A DNA stretch of 64,000 nt from Anthoceros angustus (Eukaryota > Plantae > Anthocerotophyta). Below the pieces are notes generated by a model. The model saw nothing but the letters and a program-made list of their open reading frames with translations. It searched no databases and was not told the DNA's origin. Made by a program: the position numbers and the translations under genes. The stretch spans positions 496,001 through 560,000 of the forward strand of contig MU008166.1 of assembly GCA_010909165.1 (NCBI GenBank). The letters are read 5' to 3'. Of the stretch, positions 50,101-61,600 are shown in pieces. Position 1 is the first letter of the stretch. Each line of letters begins with the position of its first letter.

Positions 50101-52185
50101 AAAAGGGGGCCCGTAGGCGTAAGCACGTGTTAGGCTACATATTTGCGCACCTTTTACATTCATAGCATAGGTAAGTATATTTATTGCCACCGGGCTGCAG
50201 GCGCCTTATGAGCCAGGCTCTGCGGGTGTCCGAGCACGAGGCCCGAATCGGGCCGAGGGGCCAAGTTATGAGCCATAATGGGGCCCCCTCCAAGGTGGGA
50301 CTTGTTTACGGCAAGTGGGAGGATTAGGGGGAAAAAGAAAGCATTTCCCAAGGGTTGCGTGCCGGTTTTGTTGTGTGGGTAAGTTCCAAACCGCCCTTTT
50401 CCCCGCGCGCGCCCCTCGCTCTTCATCAAGGCAGGTGGAGCGTGTGCTATATTTGGGCTTTAGGGTAATGCGGGAGCGGGGGGACAGCGCCACGCGACTC
50501 GCGACTCGCGACTGGATCCCGGCGTCCCGCCCACCCGGGCTATGCATTATGTACTCCTGTTGGGCCTACAGCCATGCAGAGTGTGCGCTCTGCACAGTGC
50601 GCTGCAAGAATAGCAGGTTGGCTTTGCGACAATCACTCCCAACGGACACTCGCGGGCTCGAGTCCCGGCCCCGACTCAGGCCGCCCGGGCGCCAATGCAT
50701 TATCTGTGCGACCGCCGAGGCGAAGCCGGAGCTGGCTTCTGGTCGCACCAGGTGGTGGACGGTGGTGAGTCGCTTGACCGTTGGACGCCGCGGGGACTGG
50801 GACTGGGAGCTGGGACTCCGAGCTCCGGGAAGTGGACGCACACGTTCCGGCCTGCCCGCGGCCTGCCACCCCCGCCCTCGATGCCTGCGATCTTTCAATG
50901 GCGGTGACGTCGCCCGGGGTGTGCTTGTGCTATAACCCTATCCCTAACCCTAATCCGGGGATTTAGCCGACGCCGTCAGCATGTTCGCACACACATCGGG
51001 TTCGAGCCCCGGCCCCCGGGGCCCGGGGAGAGGCCGGGGAGGCCGCGCGCCGCGTTCACACGGCGAGGCGGAGCCGTGATGGGGGCAACTTGCTGGCCAT
51101 TGGCCATCGGGTTAGCGCCAGTGTCGAGCTTGCGGACCGGGGGATGGCGACATGGCGACGCCAAGGGAAAAGGGAAGGGGGTTGGACACACGGCTGCGAC
51201 GGTTGCGCGTTGCGCGCTTGGGAAGCGTGGGTCTATGTTGTAGCATGATGTGGCTGCTCCCGGGCTAAATTTGTTCACGTCCAGGCAGCGGCCAGCCGGA
51301 TTTGGCCATCACAGGTCACGCGCACCGACCATGACACGCTGCTTGCCGGCGTCGTTGCGACCACCAGCGTGCGCACTGCCCTGTGTTGGAGCCCTTTGCT
51401 TGATCTGCGCTTCCACACGTTACAGGATATTTCTTAGAAGCTCCGGGGCCCCTTCCACCACATTTCTTTTACCACTACCTACCTGGTATATTCGGATAGC
51501 GTCCTGCACATTTATATGCTACGTTCATCGGATTTTAGATCGTAAATCAAACATCCAAATATATGTAGGTAGCTAGGATGAGAATAAGAAGGCCTACCAA
51601 ATTAAGAAAGAAATAAAGTGCATAATATTATGAGCTTCAAATACTTCCACAAGTACAAAGTGAGTGATGGTATTGATGATGATGTTTAACCTAAAATCTA
51701 AGTATTTATACATTTAATTCACATATATCTCTTGTCATTTTTAGAAAGTATAAAAAATATATGGTCCTCTTTACGACCCTAGAAGTTGTGGTCATCTAAA
51801 TCCTAGCTTTATGTTCTCACATGAGGGAAATTAGCGCACCACTATCGAGCAGGGACTCACCTTATATGATATTCAGCTAGCTATAAAAGAAAACACTCCT
51901 AGTAATGATGCTTCAGAAGTTCTACGGTCATTGTGATGTTGTCCTTAACGGAAACGAGGAGAGGAGAGAGAGAGAGGTACGGAATGTCGTTTGCACATGC
52001 TCACACATTTGTGGAAATAGACACTTATGAGCTTATTTTTCCAAATGTGGCTTACTTTTTCATCATTATAACGCACTTTTCTCCTCTTAAAAACTTCATC
52101 ATCTCCTCAAGTCCATGTTACACTACAATTTAAAATATTTACGTAATAGGAATTGGGGCAACTAAAAACTCAACTTGAGCAACCG

Positions 52186-52292
52186 ATACTCAAGATAAAA
52201 TCTTGAATGCAAAAGTTAGGAGCTTTGAGATGTGATAAACTCAAAGTAAAATCTTGAATGCAAAAGTTACGATCTTTGAGATATGATAAACT
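52186..52292. repeat. ~51-bp direct repeat x2 in an AT-rich TE-like block
   Basis: actcaa..taaaatcttgaatgcaaaagtta.ga.ctttgagat.tgataaact twice. Confidence 0.8.
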
Positions 52293-55204
52293 ATCATGGA
52301 TGGGTCAACCCCATTACTTGGAGCTATTGATTTAGTTAGCTTGCTAACTCAAGCATGTAACAATGAAGTTAAGAAAAAGATGCAGAATCAAGTCTCCAAA
52401 GCCGATTTAAAGGACTTCTTCGACCAAATGAAATGGTGGAAAGATCGAAACATACAATTGGTTAGTGTCTTAGACTTAAGTGATAATGGATATTGTACAC
52501 AAAGCTACCGAAGTTTTTTATGCAGTCCATGCCAAGATTCCTGACATGATGGATTTCAAGTCAATATCAATAGGTCTTCCAATTCACATTCACGTGGCTT
52601 GTGGGTCCCGAGCAAAGGTACGAAGAGGTAGTCTATATAGTAGAGAGATTCTTGCTTCTACATGTTATTTTTCTTGTAAGCTATCTTATAGCCGCAAGCG
52701 TGTGGTTGTTCCGAAAGGATCTTTTTGTAGGGGACCCCCTAACCCTATACGATCGTCATATGTGAAAGTGTTTTTCTTCTTTTTTGATTTATAAAAGACC
52801 TAACGAACCTGACATATGACTAAGCTAACCTGGAGAACTTGACATACTAAGAACCTAAAAACCTACCATAAAAAGCCTAGAACTTAAAAACTTGAAGAAC
52901 CCACCATATTAAGAACACCACAGAAAGATTAACCTAACTGATCCGATAGTACGAACATGACATTCCTACCCACCCGAAAACCTAAGAACTTTGTGTTGAG
53001 GCCTATCCCAAACTTGTCTTGGCTCTCCAAGAGACTGCAGCGTATGCTCTACTCATCCAATTATTGGTTGGTTAATGGACAAACTTCTTGCTCTGCTCTA
53101 AAATTGTATAGAATCTGTTCTAGGATTGAGAGATCAGAACCAAAAATATGCGAAGTGTAAAACGCAGAATACAAAAAGGAAAACGAGCCAAAACAAAACC
53201 AGACAACACCTAACTCCAAGGGATTGGAGCGTCGGGTCTACTCTTCCGGTCGTTAATTGATTGGTGAACAAAATTCTTGCACCAAGATTATTTAAAATTT
53301 GTTCTAGAATTGAGAGATCAGAAAAAAAAAAAACCATGAAGTTTAGATATGTAAAATAGAAAAAAACATAATACAAAAGAAAACAAGCGAAGACAAAGCT
53401 AGACCTACCCTCAATCTTGTTGATCTCCACAGCCTACGTAAGCCCTCGAATCTTCCGCCCCACATTTCCCAACTTCATCAAACTAGTGCATCTCCTGTAA
53501 AGTCCAATATGCAAATATAGTTGTGCCCACAAATCTTTGTCATTCTCCCTATTGAAATCAGAAATGAAGACGCAAGTATATTGGATAAGCATCAGTCTCT
53601 CCATCAGCTCAGACCCCCGGGGAGCATCTTTGTGCACATAACCAAGCCATTCGAAAGGGAGTATTTCAAGGATTAAATAGCATCTATGGTTCCGAGGTTG
53701 CGTTTTTGCTCTAGATGACAACTTCTAGCCAATTCAGAAAGAATCCGCAGAGCTTGGAAGGTTTCTAAATGCCTTGGGAATTATGTGAATTCTGTGTTAC
53801 AAGGGTTTGGGTTGGGTTTTGTTCGCGTTTTTGAGGACTTGCTATATGTTGACTTGGTTGAGAATTTTTCCTTAAGTGATTGTCCTAATTCCTTCCTTGT
53901 TAATGTTGTATGTCACACAAAGCAAGAGGCACAATTCTCGTGTGGTAGCTATAAATCCACACCTAGAAAAACAATTATAACTTGTTCATTAGCTTAAGCT
54001 AAATAGAGCGCATTTTGCTTTCAAAAAAACCTAGCCTCGGCTAGAGTTGGTCTTCTTTAAGAGGCGCCCCAACAAGATGAACACACCTCAACAAGACCAA
54101 CATGCCTCAATGAAACAAACACGTCGCAACGAAACTAATGCACCCCAACGAGACTAGTGTGAGCTCTTAAACTCTCTCTTAATTTAAGTTAAGTTTCTGC
54201 CTCATTTAGGCTTACTTAGTGCTCTAGCTATTTGTATCACGCTTAGATTGACATTTTTTTTAAAAACTAATTAAAGGCTCAATCTATTTTCAGCATAAAA
54301 AAGGAAGGTCTTTTGAGCATTTCAAAAGAAACTCAATAGGAATGCCATGAACTATATGATGAAACTGAAAAGCCTCTTTTCTCGTATAATAATGCTAATG
54401 TAATTAACTTTAATAAATATGTTAAGCTTAAAAATATAATATATATAGAATATTAACCTTCAATTTTGTTTTACTTCGGACATAACATAGATCTTGACCT
54501 TAATTCTTAGTTTAAAATCAAAATTATACATTCTATGAAGAATCAACTTATGTTCATTGGAGCATGACCTTCTCTAGTCGACCCAAAGAGAAGTAGAAGA
54601 AAGACTTCATGCCATCCTTCACCATGGCTATGGCAGTGGTAGTGATCCCAATGATATCACCTCTAATGTACCAGTTATCGTGCTGGGTAGCCAAGTGCGG
54701 AGCGGCTAACTGCTGAAAGCATCTAAGTAGGAAGCCCACCTCAAGATAGTGCTCTCCTTTTTTCACTTTCTTGGAAGCCTTAGATCACAAAAACAGCGAT
54801 GACATTCAATGAAATCAAAAAATCATAAAATTTATATTCGAGATGTTTAAATTTTAAGGAAAAGAATAATGAGACGACTAGTTGGTAGTTGAGAAGTTAT
54901 TTTCGTATTAGCCGTGATTGTAAAAGTTAACAAGTAAGTTAATGTAGAAGTACCATATTCCTGAATAACAACTTAAATAATTTGATTTAAACAGCATACC
55001 TAAATACATATTTAATCGTTGGATATTACATTACAATAAATAAAGACTATTTATTAATGTTATTTAAAGTGTCACTTATGTTAATTGATCATTGGTTATA
55101 TAATTAGCAATAATAACTTATGATTAGCACTTATAGTACTTGCACCTAGCATCTTGTCCTTGTAGGCAACCTCACGGCATATAACGCGTTGCGTCCTTGC
55201 GAAG

Positions 55205-55500
55205 GAAGTCACGTTTGTCTTCTTCTGCACTTGGTTCTGGCATCGGGTGTCGGACCACGTGACTCTGACTCGAAGCTAGGATATTTGAACCACGTCCCTT
55301 AGAGCACCACGTGATCTGTCATGTGAGCGTTGGTACCTTGTCTGCGAAGAAGAACAGAGACGTTGCAAACGCGTACACAGAGTCAGTTGCAGGACATACA
55401 TTCATTCAGAGAGTCAGGCGGAGAGCCGTTGTCAGTTGAGCAAGAAGAGACAGCCGTTGTCAGTTGTCAGTTGTGCAAGAGTCGTTGTATTGGGTCAGTT
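55205..55500 (+). promoter_or_regulatory. Cluster of ACGT/G-box and GTCAGTTG (MYB-core-like) motifs upstream of the F-box/Kelch gene
   Basis: CACGT at ~55210, 55256 (CACGTG), 55291 and 55308 (CACGTG). GTCAGTT(G) at ~55382, 55431, 55459, 55466 and 55494. Confidence 0.45.
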
Positions 55501-57289
55501 TTACCATATCAACCATGTGACCTCCTGAATTGTCCTACGTACCAAGTAAGCACGGGAGCATGTCACATGTCACGCACACACACACAAGCCCGTATGGTTC
55601 GTCGGAATCCTGTCATGGGGTGTCCTTCTCCGTGAAACATTCTTCGCGTGATGATGTTGTCACGGTAATATTTGAAGCAAGTACCTTGGGTTCCCGGTGC
55701 CGCACATCCATGGAGGGAGTGGGAAAGAGACCGATTTGGGCCTCGGTGCTTCCCTCTTCTTGTTATGGGGTTCTTTCGGCTTAGTATGCTTGCTTTGTCT
55801 TCCCTTTCTCGCTTGTGTGTGTGAGTTGTGTTAGTAAGATGCTGGTCATATATTTGATATGATGTTGGGGGGAGGGGAAGGGGGGTGTGGATGATGGTGT
55901 GGGCGAGTTGGGCGGTGGGGAAGGGAAGGAGGGTGTGGCGCAGAGCACAAGGTCGCACGCACGCACACGCTTGGAGGAGAAGGCACCTGTGGGATATTTA
56001 TTAGACAGATGGGAGGGGGATTAATTGTGGGGGGAAATGTGGGGAAGAGCAGAATTGGCAGGGGCAGAGGCAGAGGCAGAGAGGCGAGCGGGAGCCGAGC
56101 CAGCCCATTTCCTCTCTCCTTCTCTTGGGGAAAGGACGACAATCGGCGGTGGCTGATGAAGAAGGAAGCCGGATGGGATGACTGTAGCCGTTTCCGCATT
56201 CTCTCTCTGCTGCGGCAGAGTCAGGGGCAGAGCTTCTGATGTGCAGTGGGACGGGGGCGGCCGGGGCCCCGGGCGTGGCCTGGGCCTGGGCCTGGGCCTG
56301 CTGCTTTGCTTGCACTTGCACTTGGGCACACGCCTCGCTTTTCCTTCCTCGCCCTTCCCTGGCTGCTTCCTTTCCTTTCCCTCCGTGCCTCGCTCGCTTA
56401 CCAGGACCTGACCTGTTGCCTGTGCCTCTGTGCCTGTAAGCTGTGCTGTGCTGCCTGCGCAGCGTTTCTCTCTCTCTTCTCCAGCTTGCGCTGTTCTGGC
56501 TGGCTAGCTGCCTGCTCCGCTGCTTCTGCTGCTGGCTCCAGCGCCGCTCGGCTCTGCTCTGCTCTGCTCTCTGCTCTCTGCTCTGCTGCCCTGTGCGCGC
56601 GAGAAGGCGGGAAGCGTGTGGGCGGACCTCTCCTTGAGCTCGCTGCCGCCCACCCTGCTCCTTCCCCACTTCGCTGCTCCTTCCTCCCCCACTTCCTTCC
56701 CTCCGCGCTCTCCTCCTCCCGCCGCTTCCTTGCTGCTTCTGCAATCCCGCTTCCTCCCCCGCGCCGTCTCCTGCTTCCTGCCTGGCCCGCTGGTTTGCTC
56801 CCAGCTTCCCTGCCGGCTGGATTGGCGGGCTCTCGGTGTGGGTGAAGGGGATGTTGGTAGGGTTGGGGCTTTGTATTGCGAGAGCGGATCTGGTAGGGCT
56901 GGGGATTTGAGCTCTGCACTGCCCTTGCTGCCCTTGCCCTTGCCCTTTCCCTTTCCCTTTGTCGCGTGCTGCTGTGGTGGGTCGTGTGCTGCTTACTTAC
57001 TTGCTGCAGCTGGAGCTTTAGCTGGGCTGGGATGACGGGGATGGGGAAGATGGGGGCTATGGTGATGGTGGGGATGCTCTGGTGCCAGTGAGTGTTTTTG
57101 GGGTGGGATTTGGTGTAGCTTGCTTTCTTGCGGGGGAGGGAAGGGGAAGGAAATCTTGGGGTGTGTGACAGAGGCAGAGGCGCAGGAAGCGCGGAAGGAG
57201 GAGGAGGAATTCTTGGGGGGCGAGGGGGAAATTGTTGCGTTCTTGGATGAATTGCGGCGGGGCGTGAAGCAAGCGAGAAGGGCGGTTTC

Positions 57290-58675
57290 ATGAGCAGGAT
57301 CAGCCGGGGGCGCCCGGGGATTATGGCGAAGCGACTGCGCGTGGAAGGGTGCAGTTTGGCGGAGCCCCGGGAGGCGGAAGAGGTTGTATCGTCGGGGGCG
57401 GAGGCGTCGGCGTCGGCTTCGGGGGAAGGGAACCACCCGGACCCCTCCTCCTCCCTCTCCATCTCCACCACCAGCAACAACAGCAAGGACAGCGGTAACA
57501 GCAAGAAGGAGAAGGAGAACCAGACCCAGAACGAGGAGACCAGTGCGAATTCCGAGGACGGGACATCCACGTCCAACGTGCACGACGTGATCCCGGGCCT
57601 GCCGCAGGAGATAAGCCTGTGGATCCTGGCCAGAATTCCGCGCAGCTTCTACGGCAGGTTCCGGCAGGTGTCCAAGGCGTGGCGCGAGATCCTCGGACCT
57701 AATCTCATCTACAGAATCCGGCAGGAGCTCTGCGTGCTTGAGGAGTGGGTGTACATGGGGACCTCGGGGCACACTCGGGGGCAGGACCTGCTCTGGAAGG
57801 CGCTGGACACCACGACGCTGCAATGGCTAGTGCTGCCAAACCTTCCAAGGGATATCATGTTCCAGACCTGCGATCGGGAGTGCACGGTTGCTGGGCGGCA
57901 GCTGCTGGTTGTGGGTCAGACGCTGGACAGCACCATTGGCACCAAGGCCATCATCTACATGTATGATTCCGACATCAATGGCTGGTCGGTGGCGCAGTCT
58001 ATGAAGGAGCAGCGCTCGCTGTTCGCATCCGCCAGCTACGGGAAGTACGCGTGGGTTGCCGGGGGCGTGTTTGTGGCTGCGGGCCGGATGGCCATTCGGA
58101 AGAGCGCAGAACGATTCAGCTCGGAGACGCGCGACTGGGAGCTGCTGGAGGACATGCATTTTGCCCGCCGGGAGTGTTCCGGCTTCTTCATGGACAAGCA
58201 TTTCTACGTGTTGGGCGGGATGACCATGAACGAGGCGGGGCAGCTGGTGCAGCTCAGCAGCGGGGAGTTCTACGACCCCGAGACCCGGAAGTGGACGCTG
58301 GTGGAGGGTATGTGGCCGGACCAGATGCCGCATGCCAATCTAGGTCAGTACGCGCCTCCGTTGGTGGCCGTGGTGGAGGACCAGCTTTATGCTTTGGACG
58401 CATCCTGCCTCGAGCTCAAGAGCTATAACAAAAAAACGAAGGAGTGGTCCAGCCTGGGCAAGGTGCCCGCCAGGGGCATCACCAACAATGGGTGGGGGCT
58501 GGGTTTCCGCTCCCTGGGTGGGGAGTTGTGGGTCATCGGGGGCCAGAGCCCCGACGGCCCTGTGCCCCACATCGATGCCTGCAAGCCCGACCCATCCGGC
58601 GGGCCTCTGGCTTGGAGGCGGGTGGCTAACACCGAGACCCACTTCATCTCCAACGTTGCTGTCATGAAGTCTTGA
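57290..58675 (+). CDS. Intronless F-box/Kelch-repeat protein
   Basis: F-box VIPGLPQEISLWILARIPRSFYGRFRQVSKAWREIL. Kelch motifs RSLFASAS..AWVAGG, SAERFSSETRDW, RRECSGFFMD..FYVLGG, GEFYDPETRKW, PPLVAVV, GWGLGF. The start may be ATG 57323. Confidence 0.93.
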   Translation: MSRISRGRPGIMAKRLRVEGCSLAEPREAEEVVSSGAEASASASGEGNHPDPSSSLSISTTSNNSKDSGNSKKEKENQTQNEETSANSEDGTSTSNVHDVIPGLPQEISLWILARIPRSFYGRFRQVSKAWREILGPNLIYRIRQELCVLEEWVYMGTSGHTRGQDLLWKALDTTTLQWLVLPNLPRDIMFQTCDRECTVAGRQLLVVGQTLDSTIGTKAIIYMYDSDINGWSVAQSMKEQRSLFASASYGKYAWVAGGVFVAAGRMAIRKSAERFSSETRDWELLEDMHFARRECSGFFMDKHFYVLGGMTMNEAGQLVQLSSGEFYDPETRKWTLVEGMWPDQMPHANLGQYAPPLVAVVEDQLYALDASCLELKSYNKKTKEWSSLGKVPARGITNNGWGLGFRSLGGELWVIGGQSPDGPVPHIDACKPDPSGGPLAWRRVANTETHFISNVAVMKS

Positions 58676-61600
58676 CCAGTAGCAGCAGCCGGGAGTAGTT
58701 GTGGGGTAGCCCTAGTAGTAGTAGCAGTAGTAGCCACTAATACCGCTAGTAGTAGCAGCAGGGCTGGGAGGACACTGGTGCGTTCATGCCTGGAGCGATT
58801 GTCTATCTAGTTGCCAGCCGGAACCAACGATGCAGTGCAAGTGAAGTCATCAGTCTTCCATCGTTTTTTGTTACCTCAGGTCGTGTCTTGCCCTCAGCTT
58901 GTGTGTGTTGCTGTGTTGTGGAGTCCCAGGTTGCTTTCTCCCCAAGACCCAGAGAGGCTGGCACTCATGTATGTCATCTTATCTACGATGTGTGTCATCT
59001 TAGCTGAGTGTGTGGTGCCAGAGTCTAGGGTCTTTGGGAGACTGAGTGATGACGACATGTCCTGTGCATGCTATGTGTGCTTCACAGTGTGTCTCTCGGA
59101 GGCAAGGCATGTTAGATGAAGTGAAGGGAGGGAGGGAAGGAGGGAGGGAGGGAGGGAGGTTTTGAGGTAGTGCTTTAAAGACCTTTGGTGGCCTGTTGAT
59201 TCCTTTGTACAGCGGATGTGCTCGAGGAGGCACGGTGTGTGTGGGTCGGTGTCTCTCCTTTCCTCCCTCAGCCAAGACTGCTGGAATGTTGAGGGGCGGA
59301 GCCTTGGAGACGATGTGTGATGCAATGGCAAGGCTTCTTTGTGTGGGGTCGGAGAACGTTGTTCTTCTCAGTGATGACGACGGAAGAGAGGAGGAGGAGC
59401 AGGAAGAGGTGGTGGTGGCCGCGGCTTAGTAGGCCTCTCCAGCTGTGAGGAACAGTTGTAACTGCTGGTATAATATTAACCTAGAGTTTTGCAGGATAGA
59501 TAGGAAGGAGCTGCAGGGAAATCCGAGGGAGCAAGCTCAAACTTGGTTCTTATTGTCTGCCCGTTGTCACTCACCCCTTTGTATATGCATCTTATACTAG
59601 CAAATCTCAAGAAGTAGCTAAGCTAGCTGTCGGTTGTTCGAAAGGCTTTTGTGACAGACAGACAGACAGCTCTGGCCTGTGGCTGTGGTGAGCGAAGAGG
59701 AACTGCTCTGTAGCTTGTGGATCCTGCGGGAGCCGGAGTGCCTGGAGGCCCTACTAGCAGAGGAGTTTTTCTTCTATCACGCACGTCGTGGCTGTGGAAA
59801 GGGTGGAAACTGCGCTTGGTAGATGAATTTGCAGGAAACAGGGTAGGTCAGATGACATGGATGGAGGTTCTGCTTCTGCCTGTGGACATGTTGCAAGTCA
59901 GTGATTCAGATACAACATTTGTGAAGCAACGTTTTTGCCATCTTTCTTGATTTGTCTGCAGCCTGTTCTTCTGGTCCAGGAGTAGTCTAAGCTTGGCTGC
60001 AGCATAAAGCTCGAGGGAATATTGTCGCTCCTGCCGTCATTGGAAGATTCACCGAAATTTGGAAGGACTTGTTCCCAGGATTCGTGAGATTTTATAGAAC
60101 AATAACGAGTCTCGTAGGTGGTAGCACAGTATTGCAGGTGTGCCGCCGCACTAAGACGGTGGAACAACTGAAACTTCTCCGATCCTTATACCTACATACC
60201 TAGTCGTGAATTTCTTTACTATGGCCAGCCATGTCTTCGTTGTCTTCCGAGGTCACTCGCTCTTCCTCCTCACCTGGCTTGCTTCGATGTTTCACTTGTG
60301 TTGTTCGCCCTTTCCTGTGCTGCGGCTGCCGCAGCTGGTGGGGTCGCACTGATCTCAACACCGTCATTTCCCCCCCCAGAAAGGGTGCCGGCTCATGATG
60401 TATTCATCATTCAGCCAGCCAGCCCAGGGCTGCCAGCCGGCGTGGAACACCGTGGTTCATGCAGATGCTGCGGTACACATGACGTCCAGCGGCAAGGATC
60501 AGTAAGTCACTCGGATCGTCAGGCCACCTCATAGGATCACAAGCAGTGGCATGGTGGCATACACACCGCTAAGCCTCGCCACGTGCTACACTAGCTTCTG
60601 CTTCTGCACCACAGTATGTATATATACACAAGACTGTCACTCCGCAGGTTGTGACACCGCCTGCTGGGATTGACCTAGACTACGCTTGGACTTCCTCACA
60701 GACTCACTCAATTGGACACAGGCACAAGATGGTGCAGGGTGGAATGTTGAACGCCTTTGATCATGTTCATACCATGAGATCAATTCATCAGACCTCCCGA
60801 GCAGTGCCTGCCTCTTGCAATACATCTATCAGAAAGCCCTACCCGTCTCTGCCGTGTTGCAGCTTTCTCACAGGCGGCACAGCATCCTCTTTAGGAGAGC
60901 GTTGCCACATTAGCTTACAAGAGGGTTGAATCAGGTGTTCCCAGACTGACCTCCCCTGCCCTTCACAGCCGGGATCATCGTACAGACAAGATGGCTCAGA
61001 TCCAGACTCAAGATTTGGTCTCGTTCAGGATAGTTTGGTCTCGACCTCGACACAAAGTTAGCCAAGATACAAGTTCAGATTCCGGAGAATCTTAGCGGGG
61101 AGCGGGGAGATGGTTGCAAACCGGCACTCTGATGCCGAGTTCCGAATCACTGGATGCAAACAGAGGTACGTGTGTAGATAGGTGGCTGGTATCGGTCATA
61201 TGACGAAAGCATGCCTTGTGTTGGAAGGACGGCAGGAAGGTTCACAGGATTGCCTTCTTTCTTGTTGTGCCGGCCGTGAGCTTAGGAGCTGATTACGTAT
61301 TACCATGCAACTTGAGCAGGTGATTAGAGACGCAAAGCTTGTCAAGGCTGTGGCTGGGACCCTCGGGCTCTGACACCAACGAGGATACCCTCGCCTCATC
61401 AGGCATCCTCTCCTCGTCGCTTCCACCAACAGAGATTGTAAGCCTGGTGTCGGTAGCACCGATATGCGATGATGTCTTCCAAGTACACCATAGCATATCA
61501 TTGTAGCTGGCTGCTGGCCCCCGCCTCGCGCTCGGGCTGGCTGAATATATGTATCAACGAGAGCTCCCCGTCGCGTGTAAGTCCGCAAGTGACCTCACTC

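Noticed and set aside
51500-55100. Specific TE family call for this AT-rich block
   Set aside because: Only short broken ORFs and degenerate duplications (e.g. 53023-53138 versus 53213-53322); no diagnostic motif.
56461-56480. miR529-like target site
   Set aside because: The match is mostly a CT dinucleotide run, expected by chance in CT-rich leaders.
56001-57576. Long overlapping ORFs (247, 199 and 392 aa)
   Set aside because: Products of GC-rich microsatellite-like leader sequence or antisense to the F-box gene.
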